Shown here: piece after piece, positions 20,263 to 32,194 of the stretch
How positions within the stretch are numbered: the stretch's first letter is position 1
Layout of the letters: each line of letters starts with the position of its first letter
From: Candidatus Babeliales bacterium
GTDB taxonomy: Bacteria > Babelota > Babeliae > Babelales > JANWKD01
Direction of reading: 5' to 3'
Assembly (NCBI GenBank): GCA_963722075.1
Contig: CAVRJM010000001.1
Location: forward strand, 704,001-768,000
Length of the DNA stretch: 64,000 nucleotides
Program-made: the position numbers and the translations under genes
Notes under the pieces: generated by a model
Databases searched by the model: none
Seen by the model: only the letters and a program-made list of their open reading frames with translations
Told to the model about the DNA's origin: nothing

Positions 20263-21246
20263 ATGAAAATTTTTATAAAAACCTTACTGTTATCCTCCAT
20301 TTTCCTGCAATTAATTCAAGCCATGGACCCGCAAAAAGGAATATTCCCATTTTTAGATGCACCCATAGAAATGCAACAATTAATTGTTAGTGACTTAATG
20401 AGTAGCATACCTTCCATTGCCGCTATTAAAACATATCTCAGCTTTAATAGATGTAGTAAACATTGCCGTGCCTTGATAACAGGTGATCACTTTATTACGC
20501 AAGTAGCTACCGCATGGGCCACCGACGCTGCTACGCTCGCACTCATTTTTGGTGATTTTGAATCGCCTTTGTATAAAGAAAAAAAAGAACAATTAGAACA
20601 ATTATCAAAAATAGAACGTTTAGAAGATGTTATTAATTCTAAATGTAGCTATTCTAGGGAACCTCAAAGAACTCTTAACAATTTCAAATATTCACCATTA
20701 GGTCTTTTGGTTCTACTTAAATTACGTTTACCCTATGACATAAAAGCAGGATTTAGAACTGCAGCAAAGGTAAATGATCCTAATCTTGTGCAATTTTTTA
20801 CAACTATGAACAATATCACTCAATCTGATCTTAATCAGGCTTTACAAGCCGCTGCCAAAAAATTAGCTTTTAAAACTATGCGCCAATTAATCGAATTAAA
20901 TGCGGATATTACTACTCGTAATCGATCAGAAAATACCGTACTCTTAAGAACAATACGCGACTACTACAGAAATAAAACAGTAAAATCGACCAGAGTTGAT
21001 TCCTCTTTTGATAAGTTTCTTTCGATTTTAAATCTGCTTATCACTCCTTCCACTATTAATGAGAGAAATGATTATAGATTTTCTCCTATTGATCATGCAT
21101 TGCTTGAAGAAGATTCCGTTTTAGCACAGTTCTTAATTAATAACGGCGCTGATACTTCCGAATGCGATGAAGAAAAGCTATCAGATCTTTTAAAATCAGA
21201 TAATAAATTCGATGCAAGGGCCTCAAAGAGATCCCTATGCAATTGA
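20263..21246 (+). CDS. Secreted F-box-like plus ankyrin-repeat protein
   Basis: Signal ...IQA|MD; FLDAPIEMQQLIV...FNRCSKHCRAL (F-box-like); ALQAAAK...LNAD and SPIDHAL...FLINNGAD (ankyrin). Confidence 0.7.
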   Translation: MKIFIKTLLLSSIFLQLIQAMDPQKGIFPFLDAPIEMQQLIVSDLMSSIPSIAAIKTYLSFNRCSKHCRALITGDHFITQVATAWATDAATLALIFGDFESPLYKEKKEQLEQLSKIERLEDVINSKCSYSREPQRTLNNFKYSPLGLLVLLKLRLPYDIKAGFRTAAKVNDPNLVQFFTTMNNITQSDLNQALQAAAKKLAFKTMRQLIELNADITTRNRSENTVLLRTIRDYYRNKTVKSTRVDSSFDKFLSILNLLITPSTINERNDYRFSPIDHALLEEDSVLAQFLINNGADTSECDEEKLSDLLKSDNKFDARASKRSLCN

Positions 21247-21467
21247 TTTTGGTTGAGATGCTCAAATAAAAAACCTCAAGGACACTAAGCAGCAGTATAT
21301 TCAGCAATATTTAATCGATTTTTCCTCAGAATACACTTCAAGATGCAGAAGATGATTACCATAGACAATTAGAAATTCTTAAAACAAGAAAATATGCAGA
21401 TGAAGTAGTACAACGTATGCGAGCAGAATGGTCTATGAGACCAGAAGGTTCTAATTTTCAATATTAA
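21212..21467 (+). pseudogene. Possible degraded ORF remnant
   Basis: Coding-like frames MQGPQRDPYAIDFG*DAQIKNL... and ...QDAEDDYHRQLEIL...SNFQY*, broken by a stop and a frameshift. Confidence 0.3.
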
Positions 21468-21498
21468 ATTATTAATTTTCTAGTAGATAGGAAACAAC

Positions 21499-22182
21499 AT
21501 GAAAATTATTATAAAAGTATTTATTTTATCATTAGTAGTTTTTACTTCATTGCATGGTATGGAGAAAGATATAATCCATGGTTTTTTATTTTCAACCTCC
21601 AGGAATAATGTACAGCAAGATTCAATTCGTAGCTTTTATAAAGCAGTACAAAATAATGATGCTCAGACAGTGGATTTTCTCACCGCTAACGCAGCTCAAT
21701 TACCGCTCAGTACCAAGAGGCTAAATAAAGCCTTAAAGAAAGCTACCGACCTTAATGTTTATAGTTATGATGTTATTCCGGTTCTTATTAATCGCGGTGC
21801 AGACATTTCTACTAAAGACAAAAGAAAATACACACCGCTTATGCGCGCAATCGAACAATTTAATACACTTCAACATAGCCGATCATCCCAGAGACCTAAT
21901 GTAACTTATGATGAATTGTTTAAAACATTACTGTTATTAATCAATGAAAATACTATAAATGAAGCCGCGCCTAAAACGGTAACTTATAGACCTGCGCCAA
22001 CTCCCTTAGCACTTGCAATATTATACAGAGATCCATTATTAGTAGAATTTCTTATTGAACATGGTGCTGATAAAAAATCGCTTGTTGATGTGTGGAGACA
22101 ACAAAGACCCCTTTCAGAATATGCTCAAGGAGTAGAAATGCCTAAGGAAGACAAAGAAAAAATAGTTAAGTTATTAGAATGA
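21499..22182 (+). CDS. Secreted ankyrin-repeat protein, paralogous to the C-half of 20263-21246
   Basis: ...SLHG|ME; LNKALKKA, YTPLMRAI and TPLALAI...FLIEHGAD. Confidence 0.85.
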   Translation: MKIIIKVFILSLVVFTSLHGMEKDIIHGFLFSTSRNNVQQDSIRSFYKAVQNNDAQTVDFLTANAAQLPLSTKRLNKALKKATDLNVYSYDVIPVLINRGADISTKDKRKYTPLMRAIEQFNTLQHSRSSQRPNVTYDELFKTLLLLINENTINEAAPKTVTYRPAPTPLALAILYRDPLLVEFLIEHGADKKSLVDVWRQQRPLSEYAQGVEMPKEDKEKIVKLLE

Positions 22183-22196
22183 TGCAAAAAATGATG

Positions 22197-22436
22197 TTAT
22201 TGCGTTAAAATTACCGTGGCTTGTTCACGGGTAATATGTAGAATGCCCCCGGCGATAGTAGTAGATTCTTGTTCACCATTTTGCAAACAATAAATCAGCG
22301 GCTTATTGGGAGAAAGTACTAAAATCATGGGTGCATGCCCACGTTGCATAACAAAGTTACCCACCGGGGTATTTACTTCAAGCCACGCAATATCAACTAT
22401 TTTTTTATCCCCTAAACTCACCATAAAAAGCTTCAT
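22197..22436 (-). CDS. atpC: F1 ATP synthase epsilon subunit, N-terminal domain only
   Basis: Directly after atpD; G..GHAPMI and IAGGILHI motifs; 79 aa with no C-terminal helices. Confidence 0.8.
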   Translation of the reverse strand: MKLFMVSLGDKKIVDIAWLEVNTPVGNFVMQRGHAPMILVLSPNKPLIYCLQNGEQESTTIAGGILHITREQATVILTQ

Positions 22437-22438
22437 AT

Positions 22439-23902
<1,464 letters not shown>

Positions 23903-24059
23903 TTAAATTTATATAGTAATAACCTTAATTTAAGCCTAGTAAATTGTAAAGTTTTTAACGTTGTAAAGTATATTCTCTTGTAATTAAACGTACTAACAGC
24001 CTATTCTATCAACATGAAAAGAATTAACCAATTATTTAAAAAGCAATAAGGAATATCGT

Positions 24060-25529
24060 ATGAAATTACTTTTTTACAGCCTTATTTTCTGGGTTATTCC
24101 CCTGATGAGCGCCCCTCAAATTGCCCAACCAAAAGAAAAAACTGCTCCTCAAGAGCTTCCTGATTATGACAAAGTTATTTTCCAATGGTCAAAATCGTTT
24201 GCTGAAGTAATACATATTATTAATAAAAAATACCATGAACCTATTAACCCCGAAAAAGGTATGATTAATGCTATTAATGCATTCTTGAATACGCTTGACC
24301 CTCATTCAGACTTCATGGATAAAAAAAAATACAAAGATATTATTGAAACAACCCAAGGAGAGTTTTATGGTATCGGCGTCATCATTGATTATATGAAGGA
24401 AAACGATCAGGAATTTTTAAAAATAATTGATATTGTGCACGGAGGTCCTGCTGATAATGGTGGTGTTAGGGCTGAAGATCTTATTGTGCAAGTTAATAAT
24501 GAATCGCTTAAAGGAATGTCTGTTGAAGAAATAGTGGCAAAGTTAAAAGGTAAAAAAAATACTGAAGTTCATATAAAAATTAAACGTGCCAATAATCCTG
24601 AACTCCTTTCTTTCACTTTAAAACGAGACGTAGTTAAAGAACAAGACGCCCTTTGCTACTATTTCAAAGACCATGCCATATACTATTTATCTCTGCGCAT
24701 GTTTACTGAAAACTCAGTAAAACAATTAGAACAACTATTAAAAAAATGTCAGCAAACTACTAAAGGCTTAATTCTTGATTTACGTAATAATTCTGGCGGT
24801 CTTTTAAGTGCTGTTACTGATATTGCCGGCCTCTTTTTACCAATTAATAGTTTAGTGGTAACTACCAAAGAACGTGAGCGGCAGGTTGATTATAAAACCA
24901 CTCGAGAACCTATTAATAAATGCACCATGCCCATTTTTATTCTTATTAACAATTTTACCGCTTCTGCAGCAGAAATTTTAGCTGGATGCCTACGCCATCA
25001 TTCTGAAACTAATAATAAAATACCTTTTGTATTCCTGGTGGGTAGTAAAACATTTGGTAAAGGTTCAGTACAAGAGGTAATTCCTATTAATAATGATTGT
25101 GCTGCTAAAGTGACCACTTCTCTTTACTATCTGCCTAATGATATTTCTATTCAAAGTGTCGGTATAGAACCTGATTTTTCTATTGAGCAACGTATTGCTC
25201 CTACTAAAGAAATGCAATGGTTTAATAAATTTTTTGGGTATGAAAGCAGTTTAAAAAATGCAATAAAAAACAAAGATGTACCTCCCCTCACTCAAAAAGA
25301 TGATGCTGTTACTGATGCCAAAGAAAAAGAAAAAACCTGGCAAGAAAAAAAGAAAGAACAGATTGGAACTGATTATATCATTTTAAGCACCTTACGATTA
25401 ATTGAAATGTACTCCATGGCAAAAAAAGCATATCCTCAGGAACTTACCACGCGCAAAGATGTTGTTTCTTTTTTACGCAAAAATTATATTACTTCCGACG
25501 CTTTGACCATGGAAGAAATTACTGTTTAA
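24060..25529 (+). CDS. ctpA: S41 family carboxyl-terminal processing protease
   Basis: LDPHS, PDZ GIGV, DLRNNSGG, TASAAEI and TFGKGSVQ motifs. Confidence 0.92.
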   Translation: MKLLFYSLIFWVIPLMSAPQIAQPKEKTAPQELPDYDKVIFQWSKSFAEVIHIINKKYHEPINPEKGMINAINAFLNTLDPHSDFMDKKKYKDIIETTQGEFYGIGVIIDYMKENDQEFLKIIDIVHGGPADNGGVRAEDLIVQVNNESLKGMSVEEIVAKLKGKKNTEVHIKIKRANNPELLSFTLKRDVVKEQDALCYYFKDHAIYYLSLRMFTENSVKQLEQLLKKCQQTTKGLILDLRNNSGGLLSAVTDIAGLFLPINSLVVTTKERERQVDYKTTREPINKCTMPIFILINNFTASAAEILAGCLRHHSETNNKIPFVFLVGSKTFGKGSVQEVIPINNDCAAKVTTSLYYLPNDISIQSVGIEPDFSIEQRIAPTKEMQWFNKFFGYESSLKNAIKNKDVPPLTQKDDAVTDAKEKEKTWQEKKKEQIGTDYIILSTLRLIEMYSMAKKAYPQELTTRKDVVSFLRKNYITSDALTMEEITV

Positions 25530-25577
25530 TTTTAAGTTAGTTATCGCATACACTAATATTTGAGTAGATAAATGAAT

Positions 25578-25660
25578 GTCATTCTGAGGCGAAGCCGTAA
25601 GAATCCAGTTATAAATTTTCATTTTCTGGATCCTTACGTCGCATTGCTCCTCAGGATGAC
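25578..25660. repeat. Family A palindromic element, empty
   Basis: GTCATTCTGAGGCGAAGCCGTAAGAATCCAG...CTGGATCCTTACG...CTCAGGATGAC. Confidence 0.85.
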
Positions 25661-25689
25661 GGTAGGAAATATTTTTTATTAGGGGTCTT

Positions 25690-26544
25690 ATGAAAAAGTA
25701 TCATATTTTTATTATTATTAATTTATTACACCTATATTCATATGCTGCTGAAAAACCTATCGTACAAGATGCTAAAGAGATTGAGCGCATTATAGAAAAA
25801 AATTCTGAACTTGCTAAAGAAGCACAAAAAAAAGCATACGAAGCTGAACAAGCAGAAATGACGGCAAAAACGGAAAAAGAAAAATATAAAACAATAATGG
25901 ATGATACTTCTTTACCCGCTGAAAAACAAGAAGCAGCACGCACTGAATATATTATATGGGGGGGCAAAGAACAAGAATACGCTAAAACTAAAATTCAAGA
26001 ACAAACCAAAGCAAATGATTTAATAACCGATAATACAAAATTAACTCAATCGCAACAGGAGGTGCAAAAAGAATTCACTGCAGAACCAACACCAGAAACA
26101 AATATATTAAAAGAGCAATTTGAATCTTGTATAAAATCCGATATTCTGACCTTATTTCAAAGCCAAAAATTACAAAATTTAAATAGCCCGCAAATGATAG
26201 AGTATATGAAAGAATTAAGCCAACAGCTTGCAGATCTTACACAATATGAGCGCACAAACTTTTATCAAAGTTATACATACACGGAGCAACAATGGAAGCA
26301 GATTCATAATGATGTTCTACAAAATCCTAATAAATATGACCCACGCTATAGAAAATTAATCCAATCACTAAATGAATTAAAGAAAAAAATTGAAGCGAAC
26401 CTCAAACAAAATAATATTGAAATACCAACTACCGCTAATACCGATAGATGTTTTGTCAAAATATATGCAGATGTTAATGCAAAAATAATTAAAATGGAAA
26501 AATTGATGGGCAAAGATATTGATTCATCAATTATTTGGGATTAG
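25690..26544 (+). CDS. Hypothetical secreted helical protein
   Basis: Signal ...YSYA|AE; E/K/Q-rich. Confidence 0.7.
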   Translation: MKKYHIFIIINLLHLYSYAAEKPIVQDAKEIERIIEKNSELAKEAQKKAYEAEQAEMTAKTEKEKYKTIMDDTSLPAEKQEAARTEYIIWGGKEQEYAKTKIQEQTKANDLITDNTKLTQSQQEVQKEFTAEPTPETNILKEQFESCIKSDILTLFQSQKLQNLNSPQMIEYMKELSQQLADLTQYERTNFYQSYTYTEQQWKQIHNDVLQNPNKYDPRYRKLIQSLNELKKKIEANLKQNNIEIPTTANTDRCFVKIYADVNAKIIKMEKLMGKDIDSSIIWD

Positions 26545-26792
26545 AACAAGGTAAAACAGGAGAAGTACGAAAACGTGGATCTTTTTTATGCGGCGGATAG
26601 TTATTAGTAAGGATAAAAATGAACAGAAAAATAAGTGTTGATGTTAGTGAAACAACTATGCGATATTTATTTTTTCTACACATACAATTTAATCGTTAAA
26701 TACAACCTCTTATAATATCATATGCCTAATTAATTTTTTGTCAAAAAGGGTAATTACTTTTCATCTACTCTCTGTTCAAAAAGGAAATAGCA

Positions 26793-28208
26793 ATGAGATT
26801 ACCGCTTGTGCCTCTGTACATCTCTTTAATTTTATTTACAAATAGCCATTCAAAGCCGCCATTGGGAGAAATTCTCAATGTAGCAGCTCATGACGATCAG
26901 CAACATGACGCTCAACAACCTTATGAGCTATCCGCATGGCGTGGTATTGTAGCAATCGAAAGCAGTCTCATAAAAAATATCTGGCTGTATGCTCATACCG
27001 CTCATGCTACTACCCAACTTAGTAAAAAACTGTTTCATGTAGAAGTTGATGAAGAACTCTTCATTACCAGTTATGAACCATATGCTCGATTTACCCTTGA
27101 AACTATCATTTCCTTAATTCAATCGCTCCATAATGGCTCATTATGTAAAAGCAGTAGTTCATATAAATATAAATACACTCACATATTAGCTTTAACCACT
27201 ACCTTTCAAGGAAATAAATCACCGGCACGACTTAAGAAATTAATAAAATTAATTAAGAATTCCCTAACAGAAGAACAGCATTATTATCCCACGGGAACTA
27301 CTATGCAAATATTATTAGCGTTACTCTATCTTAAAAGCCAAGGAACCAAAGAAATGAGTTGTATCATGGTACCAAAAGAAGCTATCTATCACCCTCTTGA
27401 ACATAACATGGTCCCGGTGATTGTTCCCCTCATTTATACTCATTATTATAAACCAAACCATCCCCCAAAAGTAGCATGGGCGCGACGCGTAGTATATAAA
27501 GATTATCCACCTATCTCTGATTGTGTTGAAACCGCAATAAGAAATGTTATTAATGAACTTATGTTCGATGATACTAAAAAACAGTTTTTGCTAGAATACG
27601 TGCCACCACACATATCTGAACAAGTTAAAGAATTTTATGTAAATTTTGCATCAGCAAAAACATATGATGAAGTTAACCATCCTGATTTACATCAAGATTG
27701 GCTTACCCGTGTTTCCAATTTAGAATCGTGTATATATAGAAAAGAAGGTTTTGAGATTCATCCCAGTGCTGATAATTTTTTTTCAACACTCTGTATTTTA
27801 TTAGGTATAGAAAAAGCTGGAACTAACGATATACCATCTTTAATTAATAAGTTCTGCGCTGAATGCTCTAGAAACCCCTTTATAACCATTAATTTTTTAG
27901 GATGTTCAACAAAAACCGACACCTATAATCATTTCAGCTTTAGTCTATATAATAAAAATAACTCACTCATCAAAAGATATATTACCGTTCATATCAAAAA
28001 GGACCATGCCTGGATGACACAAGAGACTAAATCTGATGACGCAATAATTAGTGATAATCCTGCACCATCAACAATTAGCAACCTCATTGATTATGATAAA
28101 GCACTTATGCATATCATGCCTCGTAACTTTGAGACAGATCCTCCGTTTACACAAAATAGCTTATTTTTTTCTTTATCTTCTGGTGCACCAGAAGGGGTAA
28201 AAATCTAA
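26793..28208 (+). CDS. Hypothetical secreted protein, possible Cys-dependent enzyme
   Basis: Signal peptide; SDCVETAIRN and later KDHAW motifs; RBS AAGGA. Confidence 0.65.
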   Translation: MRLPLVPLYISLILFTNSHSKPPLGEILNVAAHDDQQHDAQQPYELSAWRGIVAIESSLIKNIWLYAHTAHATTQLSKKLFHVEVDEELFITSYEPYARFTLETIISLIQSLHNGSLCKSSSSYKYKYTHILALTTTFQGNKSPARLKKLIKLIKNSLTEEQHYYPTGTTMQILLALLYLKSQGTKEMSCIMVPKEAIYHPLEHNMVPVIVPLIYTHYYKPNHPPKVAWARRVVYKDYPPISDCVETAIRNVINELMFDDTKKQFLLEYVPPHISEQVKEFYVNFASAKTYDEVNHPDLHQDWLTRVSNLESCIYRKEGFEIHPSADNFFSTLCILLGIEKAGTNDIPSLINKFCAECSRNPFITINFLGCSTKTDTYNHFSFSLYNKNNSLIKRYITVHIKKDHAWMTQETKSDDAIISDNPAPSTISNLIDYDKALMHIMPRNFETDPPFTQNSLFFSLSSGAPEGVKI

Positions 28209-28226
28209 AGCCATTAGGCGTGAACC

Positions 28227-31200
28227 TTATCTTCGCGGATGTTCTAATAAATATGCCCCATAAAGTGCCGAACTTATTATTAAGATAATTCCTAATAAGC
28301 CACCAAATAATACTCCTGGATAAGCGCCAAAAACCATTTGCTGAATAATAGCAAGAATCACTTTAACCGCTGCTAAAATAATGATCGCACTACGCATAAA
28401 ACGAATTGCATAGGCGTACACAAAACAAAGTGCAATACCCATAGCCAATCCTACCAATAGCCACAACCATATTGATGCTATTTCCGGTAGATCAATACTC
28501 ATCAAACTTGATAAAATAAGGACCATTACTGCAAGCCATCGATGTTTTTTCCATCCATCAGTAATATATTCAAGCGCCGTATAAATAAGCAACAAGAATA
28601 TGCCCATTTCCATGAACTTCGTCCATTGCGCAAGCGCTTCACTGAGCCATGGCAGATAAGCTCCTGCCGCAGTAAAATCAGGCCACAGGGGTTTATTATG
28701 AGGTATTACCAGTTTTAAAATGGCTAATAAGCCCGCTAAAAAGACGCCAATGGAACATGCATAGCCAACAATATTTAAAAGAGATGATTTCAACTGCGCT
28801 GATTTAAAGAAACAGTAGTATAGAAATCCAGCAAGGATACCGAATAAAAAAGATTTAAAAAAGGCATACATAAACCAAAAACCAATTACACGCCACAATT
28901 GGAAACTGTATGGTTCAGTAGTATTAAAGTAAATGGTAGCAGTTGGCAAAATATTAACCATTTGAATACAGGATTTAATAAATAATGATCCCATAACTAG
29001 CGCACATAATTTTATACTAAATACCCCTCGTTGCCATGCATGAGTAATAACAATGCTACCCGCAAGAATAAGGAGTAAATAAAAAATGAGTCCCGTTGCT
29101 GTTATCATCAATGCAATAAACGATTTTTCATCTTTATAATCGCGTTCCCATTGCTCAGGCACAAAAATGGACCGCTGAAAATCCATTACCTGTGTACCGT
29201 CAATCTGTATCTTAATACGTGCTTGACCCGATCCTATTTGTTGATGAATATCACTATAGGTAAGTACCCAATCAACCCTATCAGGTTGTTTAGTTGGAAT
29301 TACTGAGATTTCTTTAAGATCTTCTGGTAATAAACCATATTTTTGCTCAATAAATACTAATGCCTTCTGTTTTGCTTCATCAATTGAGAGCGATTCTAAC
29401 TGTTTACTTTCAGGTAACGTATGTTCAAACCGATACAATGCTGCTTTATCATGAACATCATTAAAATAGAGATTATATTCCTCTGCGCGATCGGTAACAG
29501 TTCCTTCAAAAGTAACGATTCTCGTTTTGTATACCGTTGGCATAAGATATGAGGAAAGCAACTTTTTATATAATGTTTTACCCTGTGTTCTCCAAATATA
29601 AATATGTTGCATCTCGGCATCGCCATATTCCGGCGTCTCTACGCCGATAAGCGGTGTCCATGATGTATTTTTTATTTCGGTAACTTCTTGCGCATAGGTA
29701 ATCGCTTGGGCACGAGGATTTGCTAATGGCAGCATGTCAGCAGAAAATCGGGTACACAGTAACCATACAATGAACCCGCCAAATCCTAATAATGAAAAAA
29801 TTATTTTCTTCTTATGAGAAAATGAAATAGTATGCATTGGCTCTTCATTAATTTCTGGATGGCGCATGCTACTTACCTGCGGTGGATGCCAAGCGGCATT
29901 ATAATAAGAAGCCTCAAGAGTATGCCATCTTTTTGCTTTTGACCATCGGTACATAATAATACCTAATGGGATCAAGCAGATACTGATTATAAGTGTTTTA
30001 TCAAGCCAAATTTCGGGAGCAGTTGAAATAAAAATAGGCAATGCAAACCATACCACATCATAAATAAAATGTAATAAAATCGCTGGCATTAGCCCATACC
30101 ACAAATACAAGATCCCAAAAATAGCTGAAGGGATCAGTAATTCAATTAAACGCGCATATGCAGGCTGTGCAGGATAATTTGCATGTGCTGCACTAAAGAT
30201 AATTGCTTGGATAATAAAAGCTGCTGCAATCCATAGATTTTTTTTACCAAATCGTTTACCTAGAAGAGCTGCGCCTGCAAGTGGAATAGCACGAAATAAC
30301 GTTTCTTCTAAAACCCCGGCGCTTAATGATGCAGCAATTGGATGAAGCCACGGCAAGAACATTGCGAGAACATTGGGGTTATACAATGTTTCTGATGGTG
30401 ACCACCACCCAAAATACCGTATTGCAAAGTAATAGACAAGAATAACGTAAGCAAAAAATATTCCTAACCATAAATAAGCACTGAGCGTTCTGCCAAGTAC
30501 CTGCAATGATGAGCCGGCACCGGGTGACCATAACCGCCATAATTGAATTTTATGAGGAAATGCCTTACGCGTTAAACTTTCTGCTACCATAAGAAACATA
30601 GTCGCTAAGCTCGTAGAAATAAGAAATTGAATAATTACTTGCAGAAGCTGTAACCCTAAAAATTTATATAATGAAACGGCAGTATCATAATAAAACCATA
30701 CTAATGGAATTTGGTTAATGGTATCGGCAGCTTGAAAAAGCCCAATTACAAGTCCCCATATAAAAGCAGGACGCCAAAGCAACCAACGATTACGCAGTAA
30801 ATAATAAAACCCAATGAGACAACCACCAAAAACATATAGGAAAACAACCGCAATAAATGCAATTAAGGCAATAAATTCATTTAAAGAACGCATTTCCTCA
30901 TATTTTCGCGTAAATCTTTCTGGCACCTTTACTGACAATTTTAATTCCGTTAAGGTGTCACCGCTTACCACCAGCTTTAACCGATACGGTGCATCAGCAA
31001 TTTTTTTGTCGGTACGTTCAAAAACAAAGGTATGATCAATACGACCACTGGGTGAAACTTCTTGAGATTCTTCCACGCTATGATACAGCGAAAAATCAAC
31101 ATGCCAAAAATCTGCCGCTTCTTTTATGGCAATTGATCGCGCTTGTTCTTGAGATAAAGCCGCCCCTGGTGATAATTGAGAAACCTTTTTTTCAAATCCG

Positions 31201-31598
31201 TACGGAACACCTTCTGGCGTAAAAAATATTTTAGTCTCAGTTGGATCAAGCTCTTTGAAATGGCGCACTGCCCAGGTATAGGGAGCATAATATTTTTCTT
31301 TTAAAACCTGCCCAAAAGCATCAGGGCCGCCGCCTTCTAATTCAATAAAATATTGCGTCTTCGCATCCACATCAAAAGAAGCTGCTTGGTGATAATCAAC
31401 CGGTCCCCATTTAAATTGTTCATCAAGTTCATGTGCCTTTTTTAAGGCAGCACGTCGATCCATGGTAATATGTAAATCTACAATGGGAAATGCGCGGGAG
31501 AAATAATGATAGGAAAAATATATGCCAAGCGCGGAAGCAGCGGTAAAAATAATCCAAAACAGTGGTGTGCGTGTGATTGACTTAGAATCAAGAATCAT
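28227..31598 (-). CDS. Large CPBP (Abi/Rce1-type) intramembrane glutamic endopeptidase with duplicated flanking module
   Basis: EETLFR, FSAAH and H-FIY-D CPBP motifs; many TM helices. Confidence 0.85.
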   Translation of the reverse strand: MILDSKSITRTPLFWIIFTAASALGIYFSYHYFSRAFPIVDLHITMDRRAALKKAHELDEQFKWGPVDYHQAASFDVDAKTQYFIELEGGGPDAFGQVLKEKYYAPYTWAVRHFKELDPTETKIFFTPEGVPYGFEKKVSQLSPGAALSQEQARSIAIKEAADFWHVDFSLYHSVEESQEVSPSGRIDHTFVFERTDKKIADAPYRLKLVVSGDTLTELKLSVKVPERFTRKYEEMRSLNEFIALIAFIAVVFLYVFGGCLIGFYYLLRNRWLLWRPAFIWGLVIGLFQAADTINQIPLVWFYYDTAVSLYKFLGLQLLQVIIQFLISTSLATMFLMVAESLTRKAFPHKIQLWRLWSPGAGSSLQVLGRTLSAYLWLGIFFAYVILVYYFAIRYFGWWSPSETLYNPNVLAMFLPWLHPIAASLSAGVLEETLFRAIPLAGAALLGKRFGKKNLWIAAAFIIQAIIFSAAHANYPAQPAYARLIELLIPSAIFGILYLWYGLMPAILLHFIYDVVWFALPIFISTAPEIWLDKTLIISICLIPLGIIMYRWSKAKRWHTLEASYYNAAWHPPQVSSMRHPEINEEPMHTISFSHKKKIIFSLLGFGGFIVWLLCTRFSADMLPLANPRAQAITYAQEVTEIKNTSWTPLIGVETPEYGDAEMQHIYIWRTQGKTLYKKLLSSYLMPTVYKTRIVTFEGTVTDRAEEYNLYFNDVHDKAALYRFEHTLPESKQLESLSIDEAKQKALVFIEQKYGLLPEDLKEISVIPTKQPDRVDWVLTYSDIHQQIGSGQARIKIQIDGTQVMDFQRSIFVPEQWERDYKDEKSFIALMITATGLIFYLLLILAGSIVITHAWQRGVFSIKLCALVMGSLFIKSCIQMVNILPTATIYFNTTEPYSFQLWRVIGFWFMYAFFKSFLFGILAGFLYYCFFKSAQLKSSLLNIVGYACSIGVFLAGLLAILKLVIPHNKPLWPDFTAAGAYLPWLSEALAQWTKFMEMGIFLLLIYTALEYITDGWKKHRWLAVMVLILSSLMSIDLPEIASIWLWLLVGLAMGIALCFVYAYAIRFMRSAIIILAAVKVILAIIQQMVFGAYPGVLFGGLLGIILIISSALYGAYLLEHPRR

Positions 31599-31655
31599 GT
31601 TACTAAACCCTTATATTTTTTCATGTTTATTTTTTTTATCATACTCATACCAAAT

Positions 31656-31687
31656 AAAAAAGGCCACCTAAAAAATTTTAGGTGGCC
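31656..31687 (-). terminator. Rho-independent terminator
   Basis: GGCCACCTAAAA/TTTTAGGTGGCC stem with a U-tract on the minus strand. Confidence 0.75.
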
Positions 31688-31709
31688 ATATAATCAATTT
31701 ATTGAAAAA

Positions 31710-32171
31710 TTATTTTTCCTGATCTTTAGGAAATTTAGGCTTTCTCTTAAGCATGTGAATAATAGACTTATAGGGAATAGTATTCCTTATATTAGTTTCT
31801 TTCTTAATTATTTTCTTCTTTGGTTTATTAAATGGATTTTGATAGCGTTCAGAATGTTCCGTTGAGGGACGACCTTCAACTTGCATTTCCGGATTTATTG
31901 ATTCATTTCCATCTATGAGGGCTTCAATTCCATCCCATTCACTTTGAAATTCACTAACATTTTCAGGAACAATTTCTTCACCATCTCTAGATTGAAAAAG
32001 ATTTTGCATAGCTAATTGTTCTACAAAATTATTTGATGAAGCGGATTCATGCGTTATTTGCAATAATTGCTGTTGAATCTCATTATCTTGTTCTTGTAGT
32101 CGTGAATCTTCCATCGCACTGAGCGAAGCAAAACTCATTATTAAAAATAACGCGTATAATAATTTCATCAT
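31710..32171 (-). CDS. Secreted low-complexity protein with basic C-terminus
   Basis: ATG 32171 follows GAAGGA; ...SLSA|MED; KPKKKIIKK and KRKPK. Confidence 0.65.
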   Translation of the reverse strand: MMKLLYALFLIMSFASLSAMEDSRLQEQDNEIQQQLLQITHESASSNNFVEQLAMQNLFQSRDGEEIVPENVSEFQSEWDGIEALIDGNESINPEMQVEGRPSTEHSERYQNPFNKPKKKIIKKETNIRNTIPYKSIIHMLKRKPKFPKDQEK

Positions 32172-32194
32172 ATTTCCTTCATTTAATAAACAAA

